DNA of 64,000 nt from contig CM119265.1 in assembly GCA_051294375.1 (NCBI GenBank), positions 14,334,414 through 14,398,413 on the forward strand. The letters run 5' to 3'. Numbering within the stretch: position 1 is the stretch's first letter; each line of letters begins with the position of its first letter. A program made the position numbers and the translations under genes. Shown here in pieces: positions 27,889 through 41,400 of this stretch. Under the pieces are notes generated by a model, which was not told the origin of the DNA, did no database searches, and worked only from the letters and a program-made list of their open reading frames with translations. The DNA comes from Paraspadella gotoi. Its lineage: Eukaryota > Animalia > Chaetognatha.

Positions 27889-30800
27889 ATGGCCGTTTCT
27901 GTGGTCCGTCAAAATTACCCAAGCGAATGCGAGGCCGGCGTCAATAAGCAGATTAACATGGAATTTTACGCCGAGTACGTCTACACATCTATGGCCTTCT
28001 ATTTTGACAGAGACGACGTCGCTCTTCATGGCTTTCATCAATACTTTAAGGTCTTTGATGCTATTCTCTTTTCTCCTGCTGCTTCGGCTGCTACCTTTTG
28101 ATTTCTTTCTTTTTTTCTGGGTGCCGCTGCTGATTCGTCCGAAAGCGTCTCTCTCTCTCTCTCTTTTTTTTTTTTTTTTTTTTTAAATGAAAATGATTAA
28201 AATTATTTTTTTAATGCTGAAAAATAAATTATCTTTTTTCAGTTTCCGGCCCGACTTTTTACAACTTTTAGTGGGATGCAATAGTTTTTGAGAAATCGTC
28301 TGTTTTTGTTTTTTTCTCAGGGGCTGCTTCTGCTGATTAGTTTATTTTTTGACAATGACAATTGACATTGACAATGATAAAAAAAACTTTTTTTTTTTTT
28401 TCAGAAACTGTAACTTTAATTTTCCTCGGTACTTTATTATTTTTGTAATTGTTAATCGCAAAATATAATTTTTCTTTCTGTTTAGAAATTAATTTTCTTT
28501 TCTCAAATTTAATTTTTTTCAGTATCAAAATTTGTCGTTAATCCAGATTTTTCTTATGCGATTGCGACGATCCTTATGCTTTTAAGATTTTTTTACTTTT
28601 GTCAGAATTCGGGTTAATTTACCTTTTTAGATTTAGAGAATTAAAATTCAAAAAGGCGTAAACGCTCAGCTTTTACTTATAGATCATTGAGGTCATATAT
28701 AAAAAAATTACAAATAAGCTTGGACGATGGTTGGGAAAAGTAAGAACGTAAAGGGCAGTGATTTCTATCTAGGAATTTAGCAAAAAAACCACTTTTTTCA
28801 ATATTGTTTAGAATATTACCAAACAAAAATGATTAAATTTTAACTCTAAGACAAAGTTGGCTAGACTACGGATTAATTGAAATCCTCTCAACTGCATTTT
28901 CTAATTAAGAATCAATGACATTTTTGCTACTTTTTAATAAAAAAAATTATGTCCATTTTTGTCCATTTTGACTTTTGTCTTGAGATTTGAATGCCAAGAT
29001 CATTGAAGAAAAATTTTTTTACTTCTGGCTTTCGGGTCCTTCTTATCTTCTTTTACCTCTGAGTTGGTTCATTTGATGTTATATCATCTATTGTTTGCCT
29101 ATGAATTAATTTTACTAAAATTGACTAGTCAAAAACTTCCATTTTTACATTTTATTTACAATTTGTTAAACGAAAATACTTCAAAATGTCCACAATTCTA
29201 ATCAAATATTCCCCATTGTTGGTGCTTCTGGTACCTAAAAAATTAGGGCAAAATATTTAATACTTTAGCTGGAAAAAAATTTTTTAAGCCAACTTTTAAT
29301 TTGTGAGGATTTGTGAGGGTGCGTTTTATTTGAACTAAAACTGCGGTTTTTGACTTATTTTTAGTTTTAATAGCTGAGAAACATACTAAAGTTGACGAAT
29401 TAAAAAAAAACCGCCTTTCTTTTATTGAAAGGGGAAGCGTCAGCAAATTAATTTCTCTCAATCGACAGGTTTTTGCGGAAAAAATTTCCGCAAAAATCTG
29501 TCGATTTTTTAAATCTGCTGTGGCAACCAAACTTCCGCTAAAATCATACACTACCCTAGATTTTTTTTCTTACATTACATTTTAAAGATTTTTACACATC
29601 CAGTATGATATGAATGCAAAAAATGAGTGAGAATGAGAAAAAGATGAGAGAAAGAAAGAGAATGGGTGAAAAAAATTGAAAGGAGAGGGAGAAAGAGTGG
29701 AAAGAAATTAATATATGGATGGGAGAGGGGGTAAAACAAGAACAATTGAGAGAAAAGAAAAGATAAGAAACAGGGAGGAAAGAGAATCAGAGAGGGAGAG
29801 AAAAACAGAGATTGAGAGGAAGGAAATAAAGGTTAAGGAAGAAAAGAAGGGATGACACAGAGAACATATGAGGACAGAAAAAGTATGAGGGGAGAGAAAG
29901 ACAGAGAGAAAGAGAGAAAGAGACAGAGAGAAGATTCAAGAGAGAAAAAAATAGTGGATAAAAAAAGGAAAACAGTTTTAAAAATATACCGTGCCATTGT
30001 TTTGCCTAAGCAGGTAGTATAATTCTAAAAAACGCGATAGATCTGACGAGCAAATTTAATCTTTAAAAGTTCCCCTTACATGAAAAATCGTTTTAGTTTC
30101 ATCTTAGTTATGTCAGATACCGGTAATTAGAATGATTTGTCGTAAAAGAAATCATGTCTTACCGTATTTTGAAAGCATAGAAATTCATCCAGTGAGTTCT
30201 ATATCATAAGGAGAAGATAACTATAGCCAACCGTTTTTTTAAAAGAAAGAGTGTTTCATTATTTATCAGTGGGAAAAAAAAGAAATAATAGTTATTTAAG
30301 TTTCATTTTCATTGTTGAAATACCCAAATCAAAATCACTGCCAAAGATTATCGTGAATGTTAGTAACCGTCTGTTTAACTGGCTGAAAATGATTGTTGAT
30401 TGTATTCTTTGTTTTGAGGAGTTTTACACGAGTTGTGGGTAGGAGGGTCATACCGGGGTTTAAATAATTAAAATTAGTTTCATTTGAAAGGCGGCAGCCG
30501 CGGAGGAACGTCAACACGCTCAGAAGTTCATGGAGTTCCAGAACAAGCGAGGAGGAAGAATACTGCTGAAAGAGATTCCAAAGCCGCAGAGGGACGAATG
30601 GGGATCAGGTCTCGACGCTATGAAGGCCGCCTTAGATCTCGAAAAGCAGGTACTTTTTTTGCTTTGATAGCGAGTTTTGTTGGACTCCGCGAACTTTTTT
30701 TTAGGTCAATCAGTCAATCATCGAACTGCATACATTGGCTGGGGAACAGGGGGATAATCATATGACACAATTCTTGGATGATTTCCTTGAAGAACAAGTA

Positions 30801-31602
30801 CGTAAGATTTAATTTGGTTTTTCGATTATTTTTAGTCAGATCTGCTTATCGCAGATTCCGACTCTTTTATTCACTTTGTCGGTCCCATCTTGTCGGTAAA
30901 TAATTTTTATCATATCATAATATCGAGTTATGAGTTTAAATGAAAAAAAAGTCATATTTACCTGAAGTATTTTTACTCATAATTAATTAATTATTATATT
31001 GATTAAAAATTGGATAAATAAATTGAAATGAAATTTTGTGTGTGGGTAGGAAAGTATGTGATTAAGCTGGATATATTTTTTTGTTTGAATCGTAACAGTG
31101 GAAAAGAGTTTAAAATAAAAGACCAAAAGACACATTTATTTGAATTTTTAAAAGTTTCCCTCTCTCTATCTCTCTCTGATTGATTGATTGATTGACCAAA
31201 TTATGCAAGTTGACCAAATTATGCAAGTTGACATTGGCGCAGCTACTGGTAATGATTGATAGATCAATTTTTAGATTAGATTTAGATTTATTGATTTTTT
31301 CATAGATTTATTAAGTCTGTTATGATTTGATCTGTTATGATTTGTTATGATCTGTTAAGATCACAAATTGAGAGTCAGAAAATATTACCGTGATTTAGCA
31401 TCGGTAGGTAGATCCGACATAGTTTGCTCAAATTTGTTTTTAATAATATCGTCTTCGCAGTGTATTTTGTATGACCGTTGCAAATTTTAATCAGGTTCAA
31501 GGAATCAAAGAACTTGGAGATCACGTGACTCGCCTCACTCGCGCTTGTCCCGGACTCGGCGAGCATATTTACGATGGAGAACTCGCGAAGAAGATGAAAT
31601 GA
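27889..31602 (+). CDS. Ferritin (cytosolic, H-like with ferroxidase residues), 4 coding exons
   Basis: [46 protein letters not shown]|[31 protein letters not shown]|VNQS..FLEEQ|[23 protein letters not shown] probable 5'UTR intron spans 27781-27857. Confidence 0.96.
29630..29970 (+). repeat. Polypurine (GA-rich) low-complexity tract in ferritin intron 1
   Basis: About 340 nt that are almost entirely A/G. Confidence 0.8.
30833..31438 (+). mobile_element. Helentron-type non-autonomous element, family A
   Basis: 5' hairpin gtcagatctgc-ttatc-gcagattccgac; 3' gtagatccgac plus agtttgctcaaattt; internal similarity to 12906-13608. Confidence 0.7.
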
Positions 31603-31986
31603 TTTCCCAAGATTCGTGCCACGAACGTGCTGTGCAATAGTTTTGTGCCGTTTATTTTACTCATCGAGATTGTGCCATTTTCTGCAATTATAAATTTTTT
31701 AATCTTTGAATCGCAAGTTCTAATTTTTTTTTAGTTAGATTAGCCCTAAGAGTTAGTGCTACCTTATTGACGATCAAACATGCTATATTACGTTGCTTTT
31801 TATTCAACGTATAACTTTTTAACTCTTATTACGATTCGGATGACATTTTTTGTTTCAGACGAAATGCGAGTAGAGGTTACGTTAACCTGCTCGTGTAAGT
31901 CATGTCCTGGAGAAGCGAGAGTGAGTTTTCAAATCTGAATACTGTCATTAATAAGTATCTCAAACGGAACGACACCCCCAAAAAAA

Positions 31987-33547
31987 ATGGAGTTGCAAAC
32001 CGGTCTAAAAGTGATTGTGGCCTTTATAGACTTAGTTTCTTCGATAGTCAGTCTGGGGCTGGTCCTTCTCTGGAGACGGAACCAACGGAAATGGATTGAG
32101 GCAACCCTGAGGCCGTGCCAACGTATGCGCCTCGTGGAAGGTGACCAGCTGCAAGAAATTGTTAAAATTGGCAAACCATTTTGTTAAATTTCCAAGTAAT
32201 TTCATGACTTATCGTGTTACAATTTAATTATAAATATATATTATATATTTTCAATGATATTAATAACCACAACGTGATAAGCATTTAAAAGTTATTTTAT
32301 TTTAATCTTGGATCGCATGATTTCGATATGGCCGCTGTTATCTATCGCTCTCTATTATTCCAAAATTCGTCATCTTGAAGTTGAACGTATTCTTAAATTT
32401 TGAAGCTCTTTCGGAGTTTCATGGACAATAATTAAAAATGGTCTCAACTGTTCATATCACGAAAAATAATAATTAAGTTTAAATTAAATTATATAAGTTA
32501 AAAATTGGAAAAACTCAAGCTCCAGTCGGGAAGTATCAAGTCTTCTTTGTACTATTTCTTTCTTTTTATTAAATTGGCAGGTCCATTGACGGCGATTAGT
32601 TTGATACGTGGCCGCGGATGGATCTTTTTCATGGTTGGACTCGACTTGGCGGCTTTCGTCGCCCAATGGTTTCCGTCCATTTTTACTGACAACCGTGGCG
32701 ACAGTTTGGGGGCTTGGAAGTATTCCGACGATCGTCTCTGCGCCTACTTCCACGATTGCGGATTCCTGCCAGAAGACGTATTTCGACATGTCTGGATCCT
32801 TCTCGAGCATTCAACGCTGAATTTGAACCTTTGGTCTATCGCCGGTGAGAGCAGAAAATTAGCGAGAGACTAAATATCTCCTTATGACTAATATTTTATT
32901 TAGCCGTATCCTGTGTCACACTTTGCTCGCTACACGAAGCTCGTACCGGTCGATCCTTTCCATTTCCTTTGGTTGTCACGGCGCTCTTCGTCGTGGCGGT
33001 TGTCCCGCCCTATGCGCTGATGACAGCGAGATTGGCCTCTACCCTAGCAGCACCTACTGTGCGTACCATCTTCTCTTTCTTTGTCCACTTCATCCTCGTT
33101 GTATTCGTCATCGTCGCTGTTAACGTCGTCCTGTATCTGAGAAAGACTCCTCGACTGGGAGAATTGTTTACGGCCGACGTAGTTATCGATCTGAAGGTAA
33201 ACAAAGAAATCTTAATGCTTATGCTTGATTATTATGGTCCGTTAGCAAATTTCCCTTTTGATTCATAATTTTCATAGGAGTTCATCTACCGATCATCCCT
33301 TTTGCTGTTTGTCATCATTCTCGTCCCCTATATTGTCGTCGCTGTCGTCGGCTGCGTCTTTGTTTGGATTGATTACACGTGGCGACATTCTCTCGCCGCC
33401 GAACCTGATCCGGTTTGGAACGCCGGCGTATATCGTGGCGTCGTTGTGACCTTCTACTCTACGATGGGCATTTTGTCCTGCACCAAGTGTGGTGCGATCG
33501 CGCTCGGCGTTGTCGTCCGGCGATTCGCCAGAATGAGATTTCGGTAG
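31987..33547 (+). CDS. Orphan ~300-aa seven-transmembrane (GPCR-like) protein, 4 exons
   Basis: Phase-consistent GT-AG joins (~31987-32139, 32581-32844, 32904-33196, 33278-33547) give 7 hydrophobic segments with TM2 Asp, TM4 PP and TM6 VPY. No DRY or NPxxY motif. Confidence 0.65.
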
Positions 33548-34579
33548 TGAGAATTGCTTTTAATATCGTTCCGGATATTTTATATCTTTTTAACCAAAAA
33601 AAAAAAAAAAAAAAAGATAAAAACGAAACGATGATGTTCACTTTCATATTTTATGACCAACGTAGTAGTTGGTTTGGTTTTTAAAAAAGCAAAAATAGCA
33701 CAAGAATGACTGAATATTTACTATTTAGTTGTTAGTTTTTTTTATGTCGTACTGTGATTTCTTCTCATAGAATTTTTCATTTCGTGAATGTAGGCTAAAA
33801 TGACCCAAGCTAGATTAATTGCACATCAGTAATGATAATTATTAGTTGCAAATCAAAACTTCTCGAGTCTAAAGATGACCAGGCATGTCATAATGTGATA
33901 TTGATTTTGTGGCTGTGAAATTTTCTCATATGAGACACGCGATCCTCCGCTTCTTTGTACATTAGCTTGTAAGAAATACGTATGCCAAGGCCGATTAGGC
34001 CTGAATTTTCTACAAGTTGGTAGCCCTATTAACGAAGGTCTTTTTTCCTGCAATCAAAATAGCAAAAAGTTTTGTTCTGTTTCGAAGCAAAATGTATTTT
34101 TGCTTAAATACATATTTTATTTAGGAAGCGAGAACACGACTAAAAAGGCTGTGAAATTTTACCGAGATTTTGCCCTTCATTATTTGTATGTCCAAATGTG
34201 TTATGTTGCGTTGGAATAATAATTGTATATCCTAGTTTAGTTTTTTTTTGTTTGACCTTTGCCGGTTCTACGGATTTATGTTTGTTTTCAAATTAGTTTT
34301 GATACCAATATATATTGATATGTATTCTGATTTTAGTTACGTGTTATTTTAACTAACTGATTGGTACGAATTAAGATTTTCTTTCATGTTATGTGGTAAC
34401 ATAAGATTTAAATTAAATCCCCGTTAGGTAATCTTAATAATTATGACTTTTTCGAAAATAAATGGGGTGCTATCGAAACTTCCACTTATTCTCAAAATTC
34501 TTTCAGTAAATAATTTTTTATTCTTATCAACGCATTATTCAGATTGTCGACGTGAATTAATTCAATTGTTTAGACTGCG

Positions 34580-36372
34580 ATGGCTTCGTCCTCGCATTCC
34601 GTTAAAGGATCCGCGGAAACAGTAGACGACGTCTCTGACTCGTCCCCTGCTCAAAACGTGGCCGCTCTGATCATTGGCCTCTTCTTTGTAGGCTTCGGAC
34701 TTCCGGTTTGGTGGAGGACAACGGAGGTTTATCGAGCCTCCCTTTCTCACACGGAGATCGAAGCGTTAATGACGACGCCGCTAGTGACACTCGCAGAGTT
34801 GGAAGTTGTGGTCTTAGCGCCGGAAGAAAATGTTCCCGGATCCAACTTAGCTTTGTTCGGTCAGCGATTAAAGGAAGAAATGGAAATATCCACGGAAGGA
34901 AGTCAAATGTTAAAGATCGATTACCGCGGACAGGTAACCTCTTAATTGTAGTTTAGACAAATTGCTAACCAATCGTACCTAGTGTAAAATTCGCATTATT
35001 TTCTGTTTAGGTGCGTCGTGCCTCCGAGGCGGAATTCGGAGCAGCCGCCCACGCCTCTAATCTCGAGACATTGGATCGCAACCTGCGCGACGTTCGAGGT
35101 CCGGAAAAACCTGGGCGATCTCTCGTTTATCTTTGCTCTTCGACCTCTTTTGCTCTTCCAACCCCTTACGTGGGTGTACACCGGGCCGCTTTTTTGCCCA
35201 TTAATCGAGATACGGATTTGAGCGACATGGTTTCCCCAGTTAACGACATAGTTCGCGCTCTCTTTGTTAACGAACCCGCCGTTTTCCACGCTTTTCACAA
35301 CGCTCAAGGTTCCATGCGCCTCGAACCGGACAAAGAGAGCATGCGCGCGCTAAAGTCTGCAACCGAGTACCAATTGACATTTACCCTATTGGTCCCTAAT
35401 CCGAACGAGATGGTGCCAGTGCGATGGAATATCGCCGACGCAGTGGACGCACACCTGCAACCGCTCATTGACCGACTTAATCCCTTCGCTTCATTGCACG
35501 TCGATTCCCAGGTTTTGTACTACGTATCATTACCAATGCGTCCCCATTTCGATGCGAATAATTCTCGTTACTATCTCACTCCCGACGATTTACCGCACAT
35601 TGTCAACCCAGTTGAGGCAAAGTTAGTGTCACACGTGAACACGCGTCAAATAATCCATTTCTTGGTGTACGTTCCTCCACCGGAACATTCGCCTCTATTC
35701 ATTTACGACGAAGGCGGTAAACCCGCCGAGTCCAACGCATTCATCAGCGCCAGATGGGGAGGTATGATAGTCGTTAATTCGGAGAGGGGCCCTACTTCGC
35801 TGCGTTCTCCTTCACCGATCCTTCTGGACACCCACTTTATAATGGAGATTTTTCTTTCGCAACTCCGCTCGCTGCTCCACTTCGATACCGCCTCCCGCGA
35901 AGTCTCCACGATCCCCAGTCTCGTCGTCGCCGAACCGCGAGACGCCGCCCTTACCGAGTGGGAACTGGACGCCTGGCTCCGTCGTCGGGGTCTCGAAAAC
36001 GTCGCTACTTCGTCCGCCACGCTCAAGTCTCTTTCGGATCTGCTGGAAAAGATCCACAACATCGTCATTAACGATGAGATAGGGGCCGACGTGGAGGCGG
36101 CCCTTCTAGCTTGTAAAACAGCGGGTTCGTTGATGAAATCCGGACGATTGACGGACGCCTATGTGTCTTCTAAAAAGGCCCTTGATTCCTCGGAGAAGGC
36201 CTTTTTCGATCCGTCTCTACTGGAGCTTCTATACTTTCCCGACGACCAAAAGTTTGCTATTTACATGCCGCTGTTTCTACCGATAGGATTGCCGATTGCC
36301 ACTTCCTTATACGGCGCTCTGAAGTGGTTAAAAGGAAAGAAGTATACGGCAGATGAAAAAAAGCAACAATGA
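34580..36372 (+). CDS. PIGS: GPI transamidase component PIG-S, 2 exons
   Basis: GLPVWWRTTEVYRASL; YQLTFTLLVPNP; DSQVLYY; SNAFISARWGGM; SEKAFFDPSLLELLYFPDDQKFAIYMPLFLPIGLP. Confidence 0.96.
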
Positions 36373-36515
36373 CTAATTATTTTGATTATTTAGTATTTAC
36401 GTAGTTTAATAATGATCTCATCTATCATTTCAATTTGTGTTAAAGCGGACATTTATTTTTCTCACGACTATGAATTCGTCTGTTGACAACCAGTGTCTCT
36501 AAACGAAGGGTGACG

Positions 36516-38204
36516 ATGGCTCGAGCTTTTTCACATTCTGTCCTCCGGAGAATTTTCCATTCCCAGCGGAGCCGTAGGGTTTCGACAGCGTCTGCCTCGA
36601 TGTTGACCGACGTTATCGACGTTCAACCCAAAAACTTTGAAAGGGAACTGTGGTATATCTACGACAACATAGATCGATATCCTTGGATCACTCAATCCCA
36701 AATGCTAGTCATTCGCAAAAAAATTTTTCGTGCTCAAGTTCAAAAGAAAACTTTGAATCCGTTAATCAATGAAAGGAAACGTTTGACTGAGCAGGTGACG
36801 AGATTAAAATCGGAAAATCCTTCCCATCCTGACTTGGCGAGAGTCTCGCAAGAACTCGATCGCGTCACGGAGCTTGCGGATCCTTTACACGAAAAATTAA
36901 ACGCGTTGCAAGAGGAAATATTCCAAGAAATAATTTTCTTTCCAAATTGTAAATCGTCGCCCGAAACGAAGCAACGGGACAAACTGCTTTCCCAGTTAAG
37001 TCACTCCATTTTAATGTAGGAAATGACGAGATTCACGAGACATTTCTTCGTCTTGTAGGTTGGGGTAACACCGAATTTCCATTTTCCGATCAAGTCCCAT
37101 GTGGATTTTCAGTCAGACATTTTGTTTCGTTCGGACGCTGGTCCCTCTTCAACTTATTTTCTCCTCGGTAAAGCAGCTTTGGCGGAGCTTGCCATCCTGG
37201 AGCGGTTCGAGGTCAGTCAAACTGACATGTTACTCTTTTAGTCTTTAGGCCCAAAAGCTTTTCGACTCTTATTTTTATCCCTTAGGATTTTTTTCTCGAT
37301 GAAGATTTTCGACCCTTCTCGTCGATGCCTGATATCGTCAAGGGTGCCGTTGTGATTGGTTGCGGTAGCTCACCCGAGGATGTCGTACCCATCTTAGATT
37401 TTCATCAGCCCGCAGAAAGGGATCTTGGCCAATCAGACGATGAGAAGCACTTACCGAAATTTCTCGTCGGAGGATCCTCGTTGTTTTCTTTCGCCGCCTT
37501 TTTCACGAAGATGCTGTTTAGAACTGGGAGAAGTGAGTTTGATTTAAGAGATAAGGCGACGATCGATCATAGCTCCAATGTTTTTTCTCCGCTCTTTTTC
37601 TCATTGATAGAAAACACCGGGATCCCTCTGCACCTGTTTTCCACCGGTCGTCGATACTCTCCCCCTCGACCGAATGAAGCGCCATCTCTCTTCAATTGTC
37701 TTCAGTCGTCCCGAGTATCGCTCTTCGGCGTCCCCACGATGACCGGGGCTGATGAAATGTTCGAGTTTTTTTCTCAGAAACTGACTTCTTGTTACGAGGG
37801 CTTCGGACTGCCATTTCAACTCGTAGAAGTGGGGAAGGAGAATCTTGGCAGAAGCGAATCGAGGCGACAGGAACTCAGCTTGTGGAGTCCAGCTGACGAA
37901 AGGTGTATAACGCCGTTTCGATAGGACGTTCAAAAAACTATTTGACGAATGCTTATGTTGGCGATTGTTTCAAATTCCATTCATATCAAAAAGTAAAATC
38001 CTCAGGTATCAACTGTGCGGTTGGGTTAGTCACCACAATGACTACATCTCCAACCGCCTTTTAGTCAACACCCGTCGCGCCAACACTTATCCATGTCCTA
38101 TTATCAGCGGAGTCGCCGCCGATGTCTCTGTTGTTCTGGGTGCAGTTATGGAAAACGGGCAACGCGAAGACGGAGATTGGGAGTGGCCCGGAGTGACGGA
38201 GTGA
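36516..38204 (+). CDS. SLIMP-type seryl-tRNA-synthetase-like mitochondrial protein (catalytically degenerate SerRS2 paralog)
   Basis: Mitochondrial-type presequence, coiled-coil arm, YFLLGKAALAELAI, PDIVKGAVVIGCG, LVGGSSLFSF, DYISNRL, MENGQREDG. Class II motif 2 and 3 catalytic residues are degenerate. Confidence 0.8.
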
Positions 38205-38484
38205 AAAATATAGATCTTTCAAGTTTCTTTGACTTTTTTCTATTTTCTCTTTGAAAGATTCGCGTCATTCATTTGTTATGTACGTGTAACGTCTCAATAG
38301 ATTGAAGCTGTCGACCTATTTGGTTTTTTAGGTTTTTTATGATATCGATATCAACAGTGAACCCAAGCGTTGCTTGGATCATAAATTAAAGTTTTGCTTT
38401 AAAATGGTTTAACGGGTGGACGGAATTTATTTGTCCGGCGCGCCCTAAACGTTAAAAACGTCTTAAACGTTCCCAAACGAGGAA

Positions 38485-41400
38485 ATGTCAGACAAAACTT
38501 CGCATTTGATCCAGGAGTTTATCTCCAACCTTCGAGGACGCAATGATGAGGTTAGACTCGATAATTAGTAAATTTTGAAGAAATTTTCGTGAGAGATTTG
38601 TCGATTTAGGTGCGAGTCAAAACGGCTCTGGAATTTTCCAAGTATGTCAACGATCAGATACGCGAAGCCACGGAACCGGAAGTGGCTTCTTTTATGAACG
38701 AATTTAGTCAGGTACCGACTTTGTTGGTATTTGTCAAGTTGCGCAAACTAATTTCACGTGTTTTTACTTTGAATAGTCAATGATGGAAATGATCGTGAGT
38801 GACGACATGAATTGGAAAAAGGGCGGCCTGCTCAGTATCATCATTTTGATGGCTGCGGACTGTCGCGATCAGGAGAGCGTCTCCCCAAGGGCCGCCCGCT
38901 ACTCGAATCTCCTTCGAAGACTCCAGGCGGGACCGGATCCTATTCTTCAGGAAGTCGCAGCTCGCGCTATTGGAATGTGCGCTATCGCCAACCAGGTTAT
39001 TTGTTTTACCGATTGTTCATACGTTTTTTTTCTTTTAAATTTTTAAATTTCACTATGACAGACGCTGAAACAAGAGTACGTTGATTGCGAAATAAGGCGT
39101 GCCATAGAATGGGTGGGTGTGGAAGATCAACGGGGGACAAAAGGAGATAGGCAGGCAAGTTTAATTCAGGATTTCCTTTAAAACCGATTTTATATCTGGA
39201 GTATAGCAACAGCTGGGTTGCCTTTGAAGCTCAGCTGGGTGGGGCATATCACCTGTAGGTGTTAGGGGCTCAGTGACGCCACCTGTCACTGGCGCGGTTA
39301 CCCATGGTCGTTAGGACTGTGGGTGGAACGCATGATTGGGATGATGCGTTGCCCCTCTGAGCTATTGGCATTGACTGAATGAAGTCGGAGGTAAGGCGGT
39401 ATGTATTAAGGCGGGCCAGATTTTACATTTTTTACAATATGAAAAAGTCTGAAATTAAAGTCTTTTGTCCTTTTACAACCAAATTGATTTATGATGTTAG
39501 ATTTTAATTAAATTAATTTTCCTCATGCTTGGAAGCATTTTAATATTTAACAATATATAAGAAATGCTTATAAAATATTTTAAAATTTTTAAAAATGGAT
39601 TCTGATAAATATTAAAAAGTTAAATAAAGGTTAATACTACAAATTTTAAAAATTTTAATGATAAATGGCTAAAATTTAAAAAAACTTAAAAAATCATCAT
39701 TATCATCATCATCATTCATTAAATTTTATAGTTTTTGTTAATTTTCATAGACAAATCATTAAAATTTCAAGAAGTTGTAATAATAACCTTCATCTAACTT
39801 TTTAAACTCTATCAAAATCCGTCCAAAAAAATTAAAAATTATTAAAATATTTTTTTGAATTTATATTATTTGGATAATATAAAATAGCTTCCATGTGTTT
39901 AACTATAAGATAAATCTTAATTTTTTTTTAATTTTTACGATTTTTAATAAACACATTAATAATATTTATACCGGACTTCTGTTAGTTTGTAACCTGTTCC
40001 GCCTTAGTATGTATATATACGGCCACATGAGATTTTTTTTTAGGTCTTGAAACGGGTGGTAATTTTTTTTTTTTTTTTTTTTTTGTGCAGTTCGGATGCA
40101 TCATTCTTCGCGAACTGGCAATGATTGTGCCAACTTTTTATTATCAATGGATGAAAACCTTTTTCGACGCCATATTTTTGTCGGCCGTCAGAGACCCAAA
40201 ACCCACGGTCCGAGAACAAGCAGTTTACGCGATAAGGTATTCAACTTTTAAGTGTAAGAAAAAACAAAGCAAACAAACATGTGGGAATGGTTGTATAATA
40301 TTAAGATGATATGAACAAAAAACGAACCGATAGTCTCTCCAAGAAGTGGTTTGTCTTTTTGCCGAGGTCGAGACTTGCATTTGTTACTTGGAGTTTGGAT
40401 AAATCTTTAAGGTTTGAAAGCGTATCCAGATCACATGCCCCAAAGGTGGTGACTACCAAAGGGATGAAACCTACATCGGCTGGTATTTTTCCCTCATACC
40501 ATGGCCAGTTTAGACTGCAGAGCTCGTTCCAAGGGCATAGGAGAGGGATTGATGGATGGTGTGACCAAAACCAAAAGTGAAAAAAATCTAAGGAAAGGCT
40601 CTAAAAATGTATTTCTTTAGAGCTTCTCTTGTGGTCGCCGCCCAAAGAGAAACAAGAGGAGGTCCGAAAGAAGCGCATCACAATGCTCCCATTTGGTTCC
40701 GAAAGTGTTACGACGAGGCGGTGCTGCTTCTCGACGACCACGTCCCGCCACCCGGTTTCAAGGTTTTTGTCCCCTTTGCGTAATAATTTTTAGCTGAAAA
40801 TAATCAGTATCCGTAGCTGTCACTATCAAACGGATAATTGATAATTGATCATCAGGAGGCAATGGGGAAAGACGCGAAACCGACGCCGCGCGACGATCGC
40901 ATTCATGGATATCTTCTGATAATCAACGAGCTTTTTCGACTGGCCAACGTGCGAACGGAAAAGATGAGAATAGAGTTGGAGGAGCAACTTTATCCTCGGG
41001 ACAACGCGGAGCAAAAACCTTTCAAGGGTGGGCGAGTTGTGTTACACACTCTACTCTATTTATAGGAACCCTTATAAAATTCGAAAAACCTACAGATGTG
41101 AGCAAATCCCGTATTCCGTCGTCTTTTTCCGTCCTGTCCTCTGCCTCGACAGAGACTCACAAGACGCCCTCTACCTCGTCGTCCTCTACTTTGAGTGCGG
41201 GTGGTTTTGGCGCCGGCGCCTCATTTTCTACGTCATCCTTTCTGACGACCAGTCAGAGCTTAAGTAGTGGCCTGTTTGGGGCCGCCGCGACTGCCTTAGC
41301 GCTCTCTTCCCCTTCCACTTCCGCCGCGGCCGGCGGCAGTCCCGCAATTCACGGTGCCTCTCCGGGAAGCCTCTCGCTTTTGCAGGTTTTTTAACAAGTG

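Noticed and set aside
35703-36068. Antisense ORFs over coding exons (also 10384-10749, 16322-16828, 56467-56724)
   Set aside because: Shadow ORFs of GC-richer exons with no recognisable motifs.
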